64,000 nt of DNA from Desulfuromonadales bacterium (GTDB lineage: Bacteria > Desulfobacterota > Desulfuromonadia > Desulfuromonadales > SZUA-540). This document shows, one piece after another, positions 10,708-20,949 of the stretch; position 1 is the stretch's first letter, and every line of letters starts with the position of its first letter. The stretch lies in assembly GCA_033549025.1 (NCBI GenBank), contig JAWSUS010000001.1, positions 267,685-331,684 on the forward strand, read 5' to 3'. The notes under the pieces were generated by a model. It ran no database searches and was not told the origin of the DNA. It worked only from the letters and a program-made list of their open reading frames with translations. The translations under genes were made by a program, and so were the position numbers.

Positions 10708-10776
10708 CGGTTAGTGGTCGATATCCTTCAGGGATTGCCTCCCGGCCAGACTTGGAGAGCCGGCTGGCAAGGCTAT

Positions 10777-12126
10777 TTAGTCCTCGACTTTCTCACTGGG
10801 GACGATCTTGTTGATCACAAGGCCAGTCAAAAGTTTCGGATAAAAGTAAGTCGATTTCTGCGGCATTTTTTCACCGGCGTTGGCCACGTCACGCACCTCG
10901 CTCATGCGGGTGGGGTTGAGCAAGAAGGCCAGCTGCACCTCGCCGGACAGGACGCGGGAGAAAGGCTCATCCATGTTTTTAACGTACTTGAGATTGGTCT
11001 GCTGTTCCTGGGCTTCCGGGGTGATCTTGAGGACATCCTCCAACACCAGGCGGTGGAGGATGGAGACGTCCAGCGTGCGCAGCGCCTTGGGGGCTTTCTC
11101 GTCGAAGAAGCGGTCCATGACCGCCTCATCTTTCAGCGTGAGGAAATAGACGGTATTCTCGCCGCCGTAAAGACCAAAAGCATGGCCGTTCTCCCCCTTC
11201 TCCAGCAGGGTGCGCTGCACCTTTTTGCGCGCCTCGGCATCCTCGGGATCAAGACTCATCGATTCGACCTCAAAGTAGGGCCGCAGAGCCGTGATGAAGG
11301 TTGGCATGCGAAAACCGGGCAGATTGAACAGGAGCCGGTGGGTCGGAAAGATCAGCATGCCCTGGTCTTCCATGTTGGCGAAATACATCAGCACATAGTT
11401 GAAGGGCTCTTTACCGGTAAAATCAGGATGTTTCTCCCGCATGTAGTTGCGATAGTTGATCGCCGTTTCATAACGGTGATGACCATCGGCGATGAACAGG
11501 GGCTTGCTGTCCAGAAGCTCCTGAGCCTTGTCGATGACCGCGGCGTCGGTGACCTGCCAAAGGCGATGGATCACCCCATCGTCATCAGCCACTTCCACAT
11601 CGGGGGTGCGCTCTTTCTGGGAGCGACTGAGAGATTCGAGCACACAGCAGGGATCGGAATAGAGGGAGAAGATTGGGCTGAAGTTGGCGCCGCAGGCCTT
11701 GGTGAGATTCAGCCGGTCCGTTTTCGGACCCGCCAGGGTCTTTTCGTGAGGCTTGACTACACCGGTGGAAAAATCCTCGATGCGGGTCAGGGCCATAATC
11801 CCCTTACGAACGACAGTCCCCAGCCCCTCGACCTCGTATTGCTGGTCATAGAGGTAAATGGACGGCTCGGCATCACGCTGCAGAACCTTATCCTGCTGCC
11901 ACTGTTCAAAATCGGCGGCAGCGCGGGTGTAACAGTTGTTCTTCTCGTCGTCCCCCGCCGTCTTCTTGCCGAGGATAAGCCGCACCACGTTGGCCGGATG
12001 CCGATCATAGAGGTCGTCCTGCAAGGCAGGCGAAATAACATCGTAGGGGGGCGCCATTACCGCACCGGGCTTTTTAATCTGCTCCAGGTTATAGCGAAGC
12101 CCGCGAAAAGGAACAATCTTGGCCAT
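10777..12126 (-). CDS. DUF1015 family protein (ParB/Srx-like IADGHHR motif)
   Basis: PPYDVI, PHEKT, IADGHHRYETA, MPQKSTYFYPK are characteristic of DUF1015. Confidence 0.88.
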   Translation of the reverse strand: MAKIVPFRGLRYNLEQIKKPGAVMAPPYDVISPALQDDLYDRHPANVVRLILGKKTAGDDEKNNCYTRAAADFEQWQQDKVLQRDAEPSIYLYDQQYEVEGLGTVVRKGIMALTRIEDFSTGVVKPHEKTLAGPKTDRLNLTKACGANFSPIFSLYSDPCCVLESLSRSQKERTPDVEVADDDGVIHRLWQVTDAAVIDKAQELLDSKPLFIADGHHRYETAINYRNYMREKHPDFTGKEPFNYVLMYFANMEDQGMLIFPTHRLLFNLPGFRMPTFITALRPYFEVESMSLDPEDAEARKKVQRTLLEKGENGHAFGLYGGENTVYFLTLKDEAVMDRFFDEKAPKALRTLDVSILHRLVLEDVLKITPEAQEQQTNLKYVKNMDEPFSRVLSGEVQLAFLLNPTRMSEVRDVANAGEKMPQKSTYFYPKLLTGLVINKIVPSEKVED

Positions 12127-12164
12127 AGTGCAAACTCCCTTAAATGACTGAAAATGAAGTTTAC

Positions 12165-12193
12165 ACTATAGGAAAAGGGCGTTGACGTTGCAA
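12165..12193 (-). promoter_or_regulatory. Sigma-70-type promoter for DUF1015-rnr-ribF-aroE
   Basis: Minus strand TTGCAA-N17-TATAGT, about 40 bp upstream of ATG 12126. Confidence 0.65.
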
Positions 12194-12221
12194 GGGAAAA
12201 GCTGTTTTTACACATGGCGAA

Positions 12222-12749
12222 TCACGGGCTGCCAATTCTTACCCGGCCAGTCGCGTTGACAATTATCCGCAGGCTATGCCCTCGGTCATTACTTACAACC
12301 ACAGAACCGGCGCCGAAACCGCCGCTAGGTGAAACAGATAATCCCCTGGGCGTGTAACTGAGGGTTGGCTGTCCCATGGAATTCTGACCGAAGTTCGCTT
12401 CGGCAAAAGATACCCCTCTGGCCGTGGGGCACGACATTGAACGCAGGACTTCTTCATCTGGATCCCAGACGCTGTTACGGTTCAAATCGACATATACATG
12501 ACAGTCAGCCTCTTTCCCGTCCACCACACCCCCAAAGCTTAGGGTACAGCGCAAACCGCGCCTTACCGCTTCAAGTCTGGCCAATTGAAAAGCACCGTAG
12601 ATTTCCCGCCCTGTTCCCCGCAACTGGTAGGCCGTCAACTGGTCTTTGATCGCCGGGACACTGACCGCGCCAACCACGGACATTATCGCCACCACCATCA
12701 ACAATTCCAAAAGGGTCAACCCCGCTTCAAACAATCCACTGTCCTTCAT
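12222..12749 (-). CDS. GspH/FimT-family minor pilin (separately transcribed)
   Basis: Class III signal EAG|LTLLELLMVVAI, ARLEAVRR, C-terminal TGRVR. Confidence 0.82.
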   Translation of the reverse strand: MKDSGLFEAGLTLLELLMVVAIMSVVGAVSVPAIKDQLTAYQLRGTGREIYGAFQLARLEAVRRGLRCTLSFGGVVDGKEADCHVYVDLNRNSVWDPDEEVLRSMSCPTARGVSFAEANFGQNSMGQPTLSYTPRGLSVSPSGGFGAGSVVVSNDRGHSLRIIVNATGRVRIGSP

Positions 12750-12770
12750 AACCCCCCACAATCAGCACAC

Positions 12771-12786
12771 GGCAAACAGCTTGCCT
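12771..12786 (-). promoter_or_regulatory. Sigma-54 (-24/-12) promoter for the FimT-like gene
   Basis: Minus strand AGGCAAGCTGTTTGCC = GG-N10-GC, about 22 bp upstream of the ATG. Confidence 0.7.
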
Positions 12787-12872
12787 CGACAGAAATGAGG
12801 GTCAACTAACCAATTTTATAAAAAGTTGTCAATAGTTTTTTACTAATGATCAATCTCTAACAAAAGACAAAT

Positions 12873-12901
12873 AAAAAAAACCCACGGACATCGGCCGTGG
12901 G
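12873..12901 (-). terminator. Rho-independent terminator ending the fimU-pilY1 operon
   Basis: Minus strand CCCACGG-CCGATGT-CCGTGGG followed by T8. Confidence 0.85.
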
Positions 12902-12926
12902 TCGGGAATCTGTTTATTTTCTGACT

Positions 12927-13925
12927 TTACGGCCTGGCCACATCCACATTAAAGGCCTGTACCGCCTTTTTACCCTCCGCATCCTCGGCCTGAATTTTAA
13001 CCGGGTACACACCAGCCTGATCTTCGCCGATATCCCAGGTGATTTTTCCTGAGCTTCCGTCAATAGTCATTCCGGGCGGCCCCTCGACCAGCGCGTAGGT
13101 CAGGCTGTCGCCATCCGGGTCATCCGCCTGAGCCAGGTAGCGGTAGGAACCGCCCGTGATTCTTTCGGGTGGGCGACTGCTGAACCGGGGGGCGGCATTT
13201 TCAACCTGGTACCTGCCCTGATAGACAAACCCTTCTTCTTCCCCATCAAAGGGAGTGACGATAAAACCAATTTCATCGCCGCGCTGCAGACCGCTTGCCA
13301 CATAGGTCGAATCTTTGCTGTTGGGGTCTTCAACACCGTCAACCAGCCAGGTGTACCGATATTCGATGGGATCATTGTCCACGTCGAAGGCTGTCGGGAT
13401 GAGTTCGATTTCTTCGCCGTCGGAAACCTGTCGGGTATTGACTTCGACCCCGGTAACCCTGGGGACAGAATTATGGATTAAAGTCGCGATACGAACCTGG
13501 CCGTTATCGGCGATGACCGTTACGGCAACTTCATCCCCTTTGGCGAACAGACCAGGCCCCAGAGTTCCCTCACCTGCCCCCGGCACGACCTCACCGTTAT
13601 GTTCCCAACGATAGTCGCGAATATTCCGGGCACCGCTAACATCAAGAGAGAGTACCTGGTCAGCCGTGGGCTTATGAGGATACAAGCGTACCCTGAAATT
13701 GCCATGGGGAGCCTCTTCGAGGTCGGGGCTTGCATCGCCCTCGGCTAGACGTTCTTCGCCAGAAGAGCTGTCCGCAACGGAGGGCTCGGTAGGTGCGACT
13801 GGCGCCACCGCCTCATCACGATCACACGCGACCAGACTCAAAAAAAAGACAATAAGAACTGGCAACTTGATAAAAACATTTATCATCTTTTTAGGCTCAC
13901 AAAACTGGCTGTTGACTCGACTCAT
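12927..13925 (-). CDS. Lipoprotein with tandem Ig-like/cadherin-like domains
   Basis: Lipobox LVAC, acidic linker, three beta-rich repeats (YRWEHNG, DVDNDPIEYRYTWLVDG, DDPDGDSLTYALVEGPPGMTID); start overlaps the pilY1 stop (alternative ATG 13886). Confidence 0.75.
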   Translation of the reverse strand: MSRVNSQFCEPKKMINVFIKLPVLIVFFLSLVACDRDEAVAPVAPTEPSVADSSSGEERLAEGDASPDLEEAPHGNFRVRLYPHKPTADQVLSLDVSGARNIRDYRWEHNGEVVPGAGEGTLGPGLFAKGDEVAVTVIADNGQVRIATLIHNSVPRVTGVEVNTRQVSDGEEIELIPTAFDVDNDPIEYRYTWLVDGVEDPNSKDSTYVASGLQRGDEIGFIVTPFDGEEEGFVYQGRYQVENAAPRFSSRPPERITGGSYRYLAQADDPDGDSLTYALVEGPPGMTIDGSSGKITWDIGEDQAGVYPVKIQAEDAEGKKAVQAFNVDVARP

Positions 13926-16900
13926 TCAAACAGCTCCCGCCACCAGCGTATAAAGAGATTTTTGGGTGGTGAGTCCGGAGTGATCCCCATGACACCAGCG
14001 CCTGTCTCATCGGTATCTGCAATAGGATTAGTACTTCCTACCGAGATCAACATATTTGTTTTATCACGAATAACAACAACAGGTCTGGAGGCAATTCCTC
14101 CACCCAAAAGTAGTGCGTCATCGGGTGAATCAAGCGCAGAGAAGCCTGTCTTGTAGCCCAGACCATACAGATAGGCATAGCCACCTGGCACGCAAGGTTC
14201 GGTATTGGGAGCAAAGGTCGTAATGAAAAAGACCTTATAGAAAACAACACCCTGGGCCAAAACCTTTTCGCCGGTCGCTAAAGGATAATACCAACCCTTG
14301 TCAACCGTTCCATTCCCGTCAACATCGGAAACAGCGCTATCGAAAATGGGGGTAAACAAACTGGCATTTACCAGATCCGCTTCGGTCAAATTGACAAACT
14401 GGTGATTATCTTTGATGGCAAAGATACGGTCACTGGAAACCAGGGAACAAGCCTCTTCACGGTTCCCCGAACCGGTAAAGACCACATCATACCCCCATTC
14501 GAGCGCCACATCAGGCGGATAGAAAAACTTACGATCCGTACCGAGCGTGTTGGCGTTGAAAAGAGCCTGAGCACTCCAGCTCGATACATTCTCATTGACT
14601 GTATAAAAGCCAAAGGGGTTACCATCACTATCGGTAAAACGCCCCAGTCGCCAGATATTCCCCCCCATATCCCCAACATAGGCCTTGTCAACAAAGCCGT
14701 TATCATTGGCATCGATCAGAGTCAGACTGCTGGGTATACTGGCGGTCATGCCGGTGGCAGTGCCGGCAGCCACAGAAAACTCCTTCAGCTTTTGACCGGT
14801 TAACACATCCACGATATATATAGCCCGTCCCTGGGTATTTATTTCGCTATAACCGCCACCGATGAAAAGTACATGTCTCGTTTCTTCGGGATCGCCATAT
14901 TTCACCTTGCCGAACTCAGGCTCAGACCAGCTTTCGCCTAATTCGCTAAATTCGGCAAGGCCAGGATTTATGGTCCAGAGCACTGTGGGGTAATCGGGGT
15001 CAGTAACATCCAAGGCCCAGTAACTGGTCCCGCCCCGGCGCTCGCCAAAAACAAGGATGACCTGGTCGGTACTCCTATCGATATACCCGTCGTTGTTGAC
15101 ATCGTGGAAGTAAATCTTGGGGCTGGCGTCGACATAGATTTGGTGCCCCACTCCCTCGACCATCCATTTCAACGACCCGAGAAGATCGGGGGGAACAAAA
15201 GCCCAGGCTTCGGTACCATCGGCATCATCGACCACATGAAGCATGCCGTCGTTGGCGCCATAAAAAACTCGAGTGATCGTATTCTCTGTATCGGGATTGC
15301 CTCCACTATCGAGATAGGTATAGCTAAAGACAGCGGGCTCACTATGCAGGGCGTCCCCGGTGATCAACGAACGATTGTTGAGCCTGTCAGCCAGATTATC
15401 CGCATAGGCATCCGCCCCGCGAATATAGTTGACCAGCTGGGAGGCCTTGTCTGTTTCACCAGAAAGATAACCCAAGTCCTCCGGGCTGATGTTAGTTGCC
15501 GTAAAAGCATTGCCTGACCACGTCAAATTCGTTCCGACATCCTCTTGGTAGGTGTAAATATTGCGGTCGGCATTGGGCATGTAATTGGGCTCGGTGGACG
15601 AGGCCCATTTAAGTGTGGACCAATAGGGGACGGCGGTCGGTTTCATAGCGCCGTTGGGCTCTGTCGCCGGGTTCCCGTTCATGTCGATAATTTCGTTATC
15701 CGGCCCCAAGGCAAACTTGGCGATATCCCCCTGCCAGAAATTGCTGTCGTCCAAGGGTTTGAAAAAGGAAAGATAGATGTAGTCTCCGCTGGAAGTACGG
15801 GTAACGGGGACAACTGGGGCGGTAAAGGTGGCGGTATTTTCCAGGATGGACTTGAGGGCGTCTTCCAGTCTGTCGGCCAGCTCACTGGGGTCTGCCGCTT
15901 GAAAATGGAACTTGCCGTAATCGGGATCATCGGTGTCGTACAGGTTGGTGTTGCCGTTACCATTGTTCGAGGTGTTAATCAAAAATGCCTGCGCGGCGGG
16001 ATTCTTCCCAAGGCCCACCGTGTAGGTCATAATATTCTGAAACCCTGCTTGGTAGTCGACAACATCATTAGCATAAAGTGATTGGGCTAGGTCGTCGAGA
16101 TGGGTGGTTCCATTCAAGTTAAGGGGTATTGAGTAGGCATTCGCACCTGCTCCTGTCAACGTTAAGGTTGACGTTTCTCGATCACCGTCATAATCGTTAT
16201 TTGACAGTTGAGAGTCAGCCCAAGTGGCTTCGGCGGCCAAATCTTCCGATGAGACCCCAGGCGTGACGACGATGACGAAGTTCTTCTGACAGTAGTACCC
16301 TACCACTCCGGAAGAAGGGGAGCCATAATAGGTGCCGATGGATTGTAAGCCTTCTGCAAGCGGAGAGTAGGTAACTGTCCCCATATTATTGATATTGTTA
16401 ACAAAGGCTGAATCCAATACATTGTTTTCAGGTAAAGCAGTTAATGGTGTTTGAACAACCAGGCCCAAAGGCTGTACGTTGCTCGCTCCGCTGGCATTGG
16501 AGGTAAAAGCATAGATACCAAAGCTGGCTTGGTTCGCCGTTTTCTTAGCAACCTGCATCAAGGCCTGCTTGGCTTGATAAAAGTTGCTCTTATTGGGTAA
16601 GGTCCCATCTGTTGCACTGTTATAAGGGCCGAAGAAAATCCAGTTCAGGTAGTTGGTGTCATAACGAAAGCGCGTCGCATTATCCTTGATGCCAGCCGCG
16701 TCGACCACCGCCGAAGGCACTGCCGGCAAAGTAGCGATCTTGCCGCCGATGCTCCACACTCCGTCTGCTGTGGCACTGGTCGTCGCCACGATCCCCCCTG
16801 TGGTATCACGCAGGAGAGACGAGTTTATTTTGTGGATATAGTGCTTATTGCCCGTAGTGTAAATGGTGTAGCCATAAGGATTGTAAAAACCATTCACGCC

Positions 16901-17119
16901 TTCCTCTGGCAAAATTTCGTTAGGCGTCCAGTCAACTGAAGGGTCATAGGCAGAATGGGTCAATATTTTTTCCATCTCGGCGCCGTTATCAAGCAGGAGC
17001 ACCACGTTGGGCGGCACATCATCGGCGGTGATGGCGAAGATACAGCTGTCGTCAGCCAGTGAGCCGACCGAGCCAAGCAGAAGCAGCAGACCGCTCAGAA
17101 GCAAAACCATTCTTTTCAT
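13922..17119 (-). CDS. pilY1: PilY1-family pilus tip adhesin
   Basis: Signal peptide, vWA-like N-terminus, C-terminal PilY1 propeller (YGANDGMLH, EAWAFVP, GERRGG, LGESWSEP, DANDNGFVDKAYVGDMGGNIWR); follows pilX. Confidence 0.9.
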   Translation of the reverse strand: MKRMVLLLSGLLLLLGSVGSLADDSCIFAITADDVPPNVVLLLDNGAEMEKILTHSAYDPSVDWTPNEILPEEGVNGFYNPYGYTIYTTGNKHYIHKINSSLLRDTTGGIVATTSATADGVWSIGGKIATLPAVPSAVVDAAGIKDNATRFRYDTNYLNWIFFGPYNSATDGTLPNKSNFYQAKQALMQVAKKTANQASFGIYAFTSNASGASNVQPLGLVVQTPLTALPENNVLDSAFVNNINNMGTVTYSPLAEGLQSIGTYYGSPSSGVVGYYCQKNFVIVVTPGVSSEDLAAEATWADSQLSNNDYDGDRETSTLTLTGAGANAYSIPLNLNGTTHLDDLAQSLYANDVVDYQAGFQNIMTYTVGLGKNPAAQAFLINTSNNGNGNTNLYDTDDPDYGKFHFQAADPSELADRLEDALKSILENTATFTAPVVPVTRTSSGDYIYLSFFKPLDDSNFWQGDIAKFALGPDNEIIDMNGNPATEPNGAMKPTAVPYWSTLKWASSTEPNYMPNADRNIYTYQEDVGTNLTWSGNAFTATNISPEDLGYLSGETDKASQLVNYIRGADAYADNLADRLNNRSLITGDALHSEPAVFSYTYLDSGGNPDTENTITRVFYGANDGMLHVVDDADGTEAWAFVPPDLLGSLKWMVEGVGHQIYVDASPKIYFHDVNNDGYIDRSTDQVILVFGERRGGTSYWALDVTDPDYPTVLWTINPGLAEFSELGESWSEPEFGKVKYGDPEETRHVLFIGGGYSEINTQGRAIYIVDVLTGQKLKEFSVAAGTATGMTASIPSSLTLIDANDNGFVDKAYVGDMGGNIWRLGRFTDSDGNPFGFYTVNENVSSWSAQALFNANTLGTDRKFFYPPDVALEWGYDVVFTGSGNREEACSLVSSDRIFAIKDNHQFVNLTEADLVNASLFTPIFDSAVSDVDGNGTVDKGWYYPLATGEKVLAQGVVFYKVFFITTFAPNTEPCVPGGYAYLYGLGYKTGFSALDSPDDALLLGGGIASRPVVVIRDKTNMLISVGSTNPIADTDETGAGVMGITPDSPPKNLFIRWWRELFE

Positions 17120-17146
17120 AAAAACTCCCCCTTTCACTTCTCAGCT

Positions 17147-17587
17147 TTAAAAACCGATCCGGTGCCCCATGGCTTGCACGCGGCTGGTATCGTTTCCTGT
17201 AGATTCAATAACATAGCTATGCGCCCTGAAGATGCCAGCGGAATAGCCGGATCCTCGTAAGGACTTACCACCACTACTGGCACCATCGTAAGTGACCACG
17301 GCATCGAAGCTGAGGTCGCCGACGGCCACATCGGTCATGGTCGCGGGCGTTGCTGAATCGGTATTGTCATTGCTGTACATATCCGGCGAGCCGATCACAT
17401 AAGCGAGACCCGTTTCAGCGGCGTAAAAAGCATTTTTGTAGAGCCGGTCATTGCCGGCGATGCGTAATTCAGTCGTGGTATTATTCCCGGCAAACAAACC
17501 GATGATGGTCAGTACCGTCATCAGCAGCAGGGCGAGAATCAGAACCGACCCTTTTTCGCTCTTGAATATTTGCAGCCTTTTCAACAT
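17147..17587 (-). CDS. pilX: Minor pilin PilX
   Basis: EKG|SVLILALLLM (no Glu5), AFYAAETG PilX N-terminal motif. Confidence 0.85.
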   Translation of the reverse strand: MLKRLQIFKSEKGSVLILALLLMTVLTIIGLFAGNNTTTELRIAGNDRLYKNAFYAAETGLAYVIGSPDMYSNDNTDSATPATMTDVAVGDLSFDAVVTYDGASSGGKSLRGSGYSAGIFRAHSYVIESTGNDTSRVQAMGHRIGF

Positions 17588-17611
17588 AAAAATCCCTCGT
17601 TAACTGCTAAA

Positions 17612-18046
17612 TTAAAAGCCGCCATTCGCTTTTACAAAATCAAAAACAACCCGCTTGTTCTGCAGTTTTTTCTGCCAGGTTACGATAACGCGTACGGTTT
17701 TGGTGTCCACCACGGGCTCATCTTCCGCCACATTCCACCATACATCGTATGTTTCACCCATCAGATCAATACCTGGTTGCGAGGCATCCGCCACCGCACC
17801 TGTGGCATCCAACCCGACCAGGCCATTCGCATCCGCATCATCCAGACTGTCGTCGTCGTAAGGAAGAATCATCAGCTCTTCGATCTTGCTTTGCGCCAGG
17901 GTGGTCGCCTCGGTCACATCACGCGCTGTGGTATTGCCTTCCATGGAGACAATCTGCATTTGGGCCAGAGCCAGCATGCCGACAGCGAAAATAGTCAGCG
18001 CGATAAGTACTTCGATCAGGGAAAAGCCTTTTTCGTCACGTATCAT
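17612..18046 (-). CDS. pilV: Minor pilin PilV
   Basis: EKG|FSLIEVLIALTIFAVGMLALAQMQ. Confidence 0.85.
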   Translation of the reverse strand: MIRDEKGFSLIEVLIALTIFAVGMLALAQMQIVSMEGNTTARDVTEATTLAQSKIEELMILPYDDDSLDDADANGLVGLDATGAVADASQPGIDLMGETYDVWWNVAEDEPVVDTKTVRVIVTWQKKLQNKRVVFDFVKANGGF

Positions 18047-18054
18047 CACACCCC

Positions 18055-18933
18055 TCACAGCCCCAGATTCCTGCTATTGACCATGGCATTCAGCAGGCGA
18101 TATCGAAAACCTGTATTTGCCGGCACATTGACCCCGGTACCGCTGATTACATAACCGGCACTTGGCTGTATAACCTGGCTACCGACGGCATAACGCCGGC
18201 TGTCGACAAAGCCTCTGGCCTCCACGCCGGTGCGGGCCAGCACCCAAACCTGCACCGCACGGATATTGGCAAGATCAGCCACGATGCCGGTATCGACCGC
18301 ATTGACCACCCCGTTATTATCGGTATCATCGGCGGCAGTAACCTGACCATCACCGTTGGCGTCTAAATCGTGCCAATTGCCATTGGCTCCGACAATGGCC
18401 CAGTAGATGCGACCACCGGCATCGGCGGCAAGATTTTCGTCATCGACATTTTCTACAAAGGCATAGGCGAAACCCAGTCCGACGATATTCTCCGCAACGG
18501 CTTGTATGGCACCACCATCGGTGGTTCTGCGTCCCAGGCAGGGAATGCCGCCGCTATCGAAAAGTTCATAGGTCAGATATTCGCCGTCATCATCAAGGTC
18601 GTCATCCTCATTTGCCGGATTATCTTCGCGCGCATTGAGGTTGAGAGTAAATTCGATGCGGTCGGCCTCAGCCGCCTCAAAGCCGGCCTCCACGAACCCG
18701 TCACCCACATAGCCCGCCAGACGCATCTCACGTAGCATCAGGTCGAAACCGGCCCGCAGATTCTGCTGCATGGCCACCACCTGCTCCTGCTCGATATAAA
18801 CCTTGTTCTGGGAGAAGAAGGTCGTAAAGAGGGCAGTGCTGACGATGCCGGCAACTGCGAGAGCCACAAGCAGTTCAATGAGAGTGAAGCCCTTATCGAA
18901 CCGGGCACATTTTTTATGCGGAAATCTGACCAT
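18055..18933 (-). CDS. pilW: Minor pilin PilW
   Basis: DKG|FTLIELLVAL, QQNLRAGFDLMLREMRLAGY, IRAVQVWVLART. Confidence 0.85.
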   Translation of the reverse strand: MVRFPHKKCARFDKGFTLIELLVALAVAGIVSTALFTTFFSQNKVYIEQEQVVAMQQNLRAGFDLMLREMRLAGYVGDGFVEAGFEAAEADRIEFTLNLNAREDNPANEDDDLDDDGEYLTYELFDSGGIPCLGRRTTDGGAIQAVAENIVGLGFAYAFVENVDDENLAADAGGRIYWAIVGANGNWHDLDANGDGQVTAADDTDNNGVVNAVDTGIVADLANIRAVQVWVLARTGVEARGFVDSRRYAVGSQVIQPSAGYVISGTGVNVPANTGFRYRLLNAMVNSRNLGL

Positions 18934-18942
18934 GAAAAACCC

Positions 18943-19425
18943 CTATTCGATTCGGGCCCGGCCGGCAGGTTCCAGCCTGAGAGTAAAGATGCTTGCTGGG
19001 CCACTGACAACGACCGACCCATCGCGTCTGGAGATACCGCGTGAATCAAAACCAGTGATCTGTGTACCGTCAAAATCGGCATCGGAAAGTTGAACCCTTG
19101 GCGGCATGTTTAAGGTGCTCACTACCGTTTCGCCGGCCTCAAAAACCAGCCCGTTAGCCCCATCATCAACAAAGATACGAACCACTCCAGCCCCCCCCGT
19201 ACCATGAACAAATTCTACGGCCACCGGCCGAGCCCGCCGAACCGCTTCCGACCGCGCCTGTTGCAGTGCGCTCATGACATCGCGAGCTGCGCCCTTGGTC
19301 TGATAGCGTTCCATGAAGGTTCTTATGTTTGGCACGGCAACAGCGGCGATGATCGCACCGATGGCCACGACGACGATGACTTCTATCAGGGTAAAGCCTC
19401 TTTGGTTATTCTGCTCGCTTGGCAT
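18943..19425 (-). CDS. fimU: Minor pilin FimU (GspH/FimT family)
   Basis: QRG|FTLIEVIVVVAI, ARSEAVRR; first gene of the minor pilin operon; AAAGGA RBS before ATG 19425. Confidence 0.8.
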   Translation of the reverse strand: MPSEQNNQRGFTLIEVIVVVAIGAIIAAVAVPNIRTFMERYQTKGAARDVMSALQQARSEAVRRARPVAVEFVHGTGGAGVVRIFVDDGANGLVFEAGETVVSTLNMPPRVQLSDADFDGTQITGFDSRGISRRDGSVVVSGPASIFTLRLEPAGRARIE

Positions 19426-19463
19426 TACATATCCTTTATTTTGTGGGGTCACCAAACATCCTT

Positions 19464-19480
19464 AAGCAAAGCTCATGCCA
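19464..19480 (-). promoter_or_regulatory. Sigma-54 (-24/-12) promoter of the fimU-pilWVX-pilY1 operon
   Basis: Minus strand TGGCATGAGCTTTGCTT, a close match to TGGCAC-N5-TTGCW. Confidence 0.82.
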
Positions 19481-19553
19481 TCCAATATCACCTCAATTGG
19501 ACCCCTTTTTTCCGCCCTGTTAAAAAAGGCAGACAACAGAGCCCGCATAGATA

Positions 19554-19584
19554 CGCAATTTTTGCGCACCTGGATGCAGTCTTT

Positions 19585-19587
<3 letters not shown>
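19554..19587. promoter_or_regulatory. Candidate tandem upstream activator sequences
   Basis: Palindrome CGCAA-TTT-TTGCG (19554-19566) and weaker TGCA-N5-TTCA (19575-19587), 21 bp apart and 75-110 bp upstream of the -24 element. Confidence 0.5.

Positions 19588-20945
<1,358 letters not shown>

Positions 20946-20949
<4 letters not shown>

Noticed and set aside
9262..12147. 961-aa plus-strand ORF
   Set aside because: Antisense shadow of rnr/DUF1015 caused by GC-rich codon bias; no recognisable motifs
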